DNA of 62,759 bases, the filler included, from Globobulimina sp. (Eukaryota), in assembly GCA_003354225.1 (NCBI GenBank). It is 50 parts of 50 records of this genome, joined end to end, with 100 filler letters (N's around TTAATTAATTAA, not from the genome) between each part and the next. Parts side by side here need not be neighbours in the genome. Positions count along the whole stretch, not along the records: positions 60,348 to 61,503 come from PIVH01022123.1; positions 61,604 to 62,759 come from PIVH01022124.1; 48 more parts are not named here. One strand, 5' to 3'. Of the stretch, positions 61,370 to 62,759 are shown in pieces. Position numbers and translations under genes: made by a program. The notes beneath the pieces are model-generated. The model was given only the letters and a program-made list of their open reading frames with translations, had not been told where the DNA came from and did no database searches. Every line of letters starts with the position of its first letter. Within the stretch, counting starts at the first letter, position 1.

Positions 61370-61503
61370 TATGCCTAACAATTTATAAACAAAATGCTGC
61401 AAATTAGCTAATTGAAAGGGTGTACAAGTAATGAACCCCGCAAATTTTATTTCGTCACAGAAATTAAATTTGTTTTAATGGTGTTCAAAAATTAAATTCG
61501 CTA
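61370..61503 (+). other. attC-like site, R''/L'' start (GCCTAAC at 61373-61379), truncated by the contig end
   Basis: TATGCCTAACAATTTATAA matches the reverse complement of the upstream TTATACAATTGTTAGGCATA except for one extra base. Confidence 0.7.
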
Positions 61504-61603
61504 NNNNNNNNNNNNNNNNNNNNNNNNNNNNNNNNNNNNNNNNNNNNTTAATTAATTAANNNNNNNNNNNNNNNNNNNNNNNNNNNNNNNNNNNNNNNNN
61601 NNN

Positions 61604-62199
61604 AAATACCAAATTATTTATTGCAATTATTTGTCGAAATGCTCAATAATTTAATCAATAAAATGAAGGAAGGTAACAATATATATCTCATACGATCACA
61701 ATATAACAAATTAAATCAAGATTTACGACATAAATTAATTGTTTTTAATGAGAATTATAATAAAATAATTTCAAATCCATTGAATTTCCCGATTTCACAA
61801 ATCAAATTTATCACTGAATATAAATGGATTATTTATAAACAACAATTTCTTAAATTTAAACAATTGAAAACAGACGAAGAGTTATATGGTCCTCAATTTA
61901 AATATGCATTGGATGATGGTGTTGGCGATGTGGTATTTGAGTGTGTTATTTGTAGATCAGTTGCAGAAAAAACTGATAAATCTGTATATGGAATTAAAAT
62001 TAAAAAATTACCATCAACAGTATCATCCATTAACATTTCATGGAGTTTTGTATTTGAAGAAGCAAACTTTGAAACAGGAGAACAGTCTGTTGTATTAAAA
62101 GAAGGTGGTTATAGTGGATATGGTGCATGTTCAAATGATATATTTAATAAATTAAATTGTTTATGTATTATGACTTTTGTCCGTATAACAAAAAATTAA
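61604..62199 (+). CDS. Hypothetical protein with a MATH/TRAF-like beta-rich C-terminus
   Basis: YKWII..FLKFK..LYGPQF..IKIKKLP..ISWSFVFEE. Confidence 0.45.
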
Positions 62200-62759
62200 T
62201 TTTGGTGTCTTTTCTATGATGTTTTTTTGTGTTTGATTTTATTTTTTCGCATAATAAATACAGGATTTGTTCGGTAATTCTTTGTCTGTATTTTTGCGTG
62301 TTTTTGAATTGCTAAAAAAAACAAAATAAACAAATTAATTCATGGTTTCTACTTAAAACAAATAAACAAATAAACGCACACTAAAAACATGCCGGAAAAT
62401 GTTGGTTTCAAATGTGATTTATCTGTGCTTAAAATGTTGATTCAAATGCGACAGAAAACAGATTGTGATGATTTGTGTGCCGTGCGTATATTTGATAAAA
62501 TCGATGATGTTATGATTGGTTTAGTGCAGGAATTGTTTGCGCACTTATTCAAGTTAACTGCAGTAAATATCGTAGCATCAATACCGTCACTATCAACACC
62601 ACAAACCACTAATTCCATGAACTGATTCCCGTCAGCTTCAGCACAGATATTCGCCAATTTAATCTTTACAAAGCGGTGCAACATCCATTGAGGAATATTA
62701 ATATCCAAAAAATGGCGATGAATCCTGTGCGAATGGAACAGTTGCATGCCATTAAACTA

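Overview
This window is not one locus. It is 50 unrelated contigs of 1158, 1157 or 1156 bp, sorted by decreasing length and joined by an artificial 100-bp spacer (N44-TTAATTAATTAA-N44, stops in all six frames), so nothing across a spacer is gene neighbourhood. Most contigs are AT-rich eukaryotic DNA in the standard code with short GT-AG introns (about 50-115 bp). They encode RCC1, HSPA12-like and Hsp70-like, G-alpha, RGS, SPRY, formin, CAP-Gly, beta-tubulin, HAP2/GCS1, PARP, G-patch and transporter proteins. This profile fits a foraminiferan or other rhizarian protist (inference only). Prokaryotic sequence is also present, including two chimeric contigs joined at microhomologies. The most notable items are: a Polinton/adintovirus-type major capsid protein fragment; a bacterial integron-like cassette carrying a DUF6602 PD-(D/E)xK nuclease; five tRNA-like elements with abnormal anticodon loops (four also with reduced D-loops); a spliced, membrane-anchored Hsp70-domain gene; an intron-containing YeeE/YedE sulfur transporter; several MITE-like elements; and a ~987-bp non-coding repeat unit. 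All family calls come from recognising motifs by eye; no searches were run.
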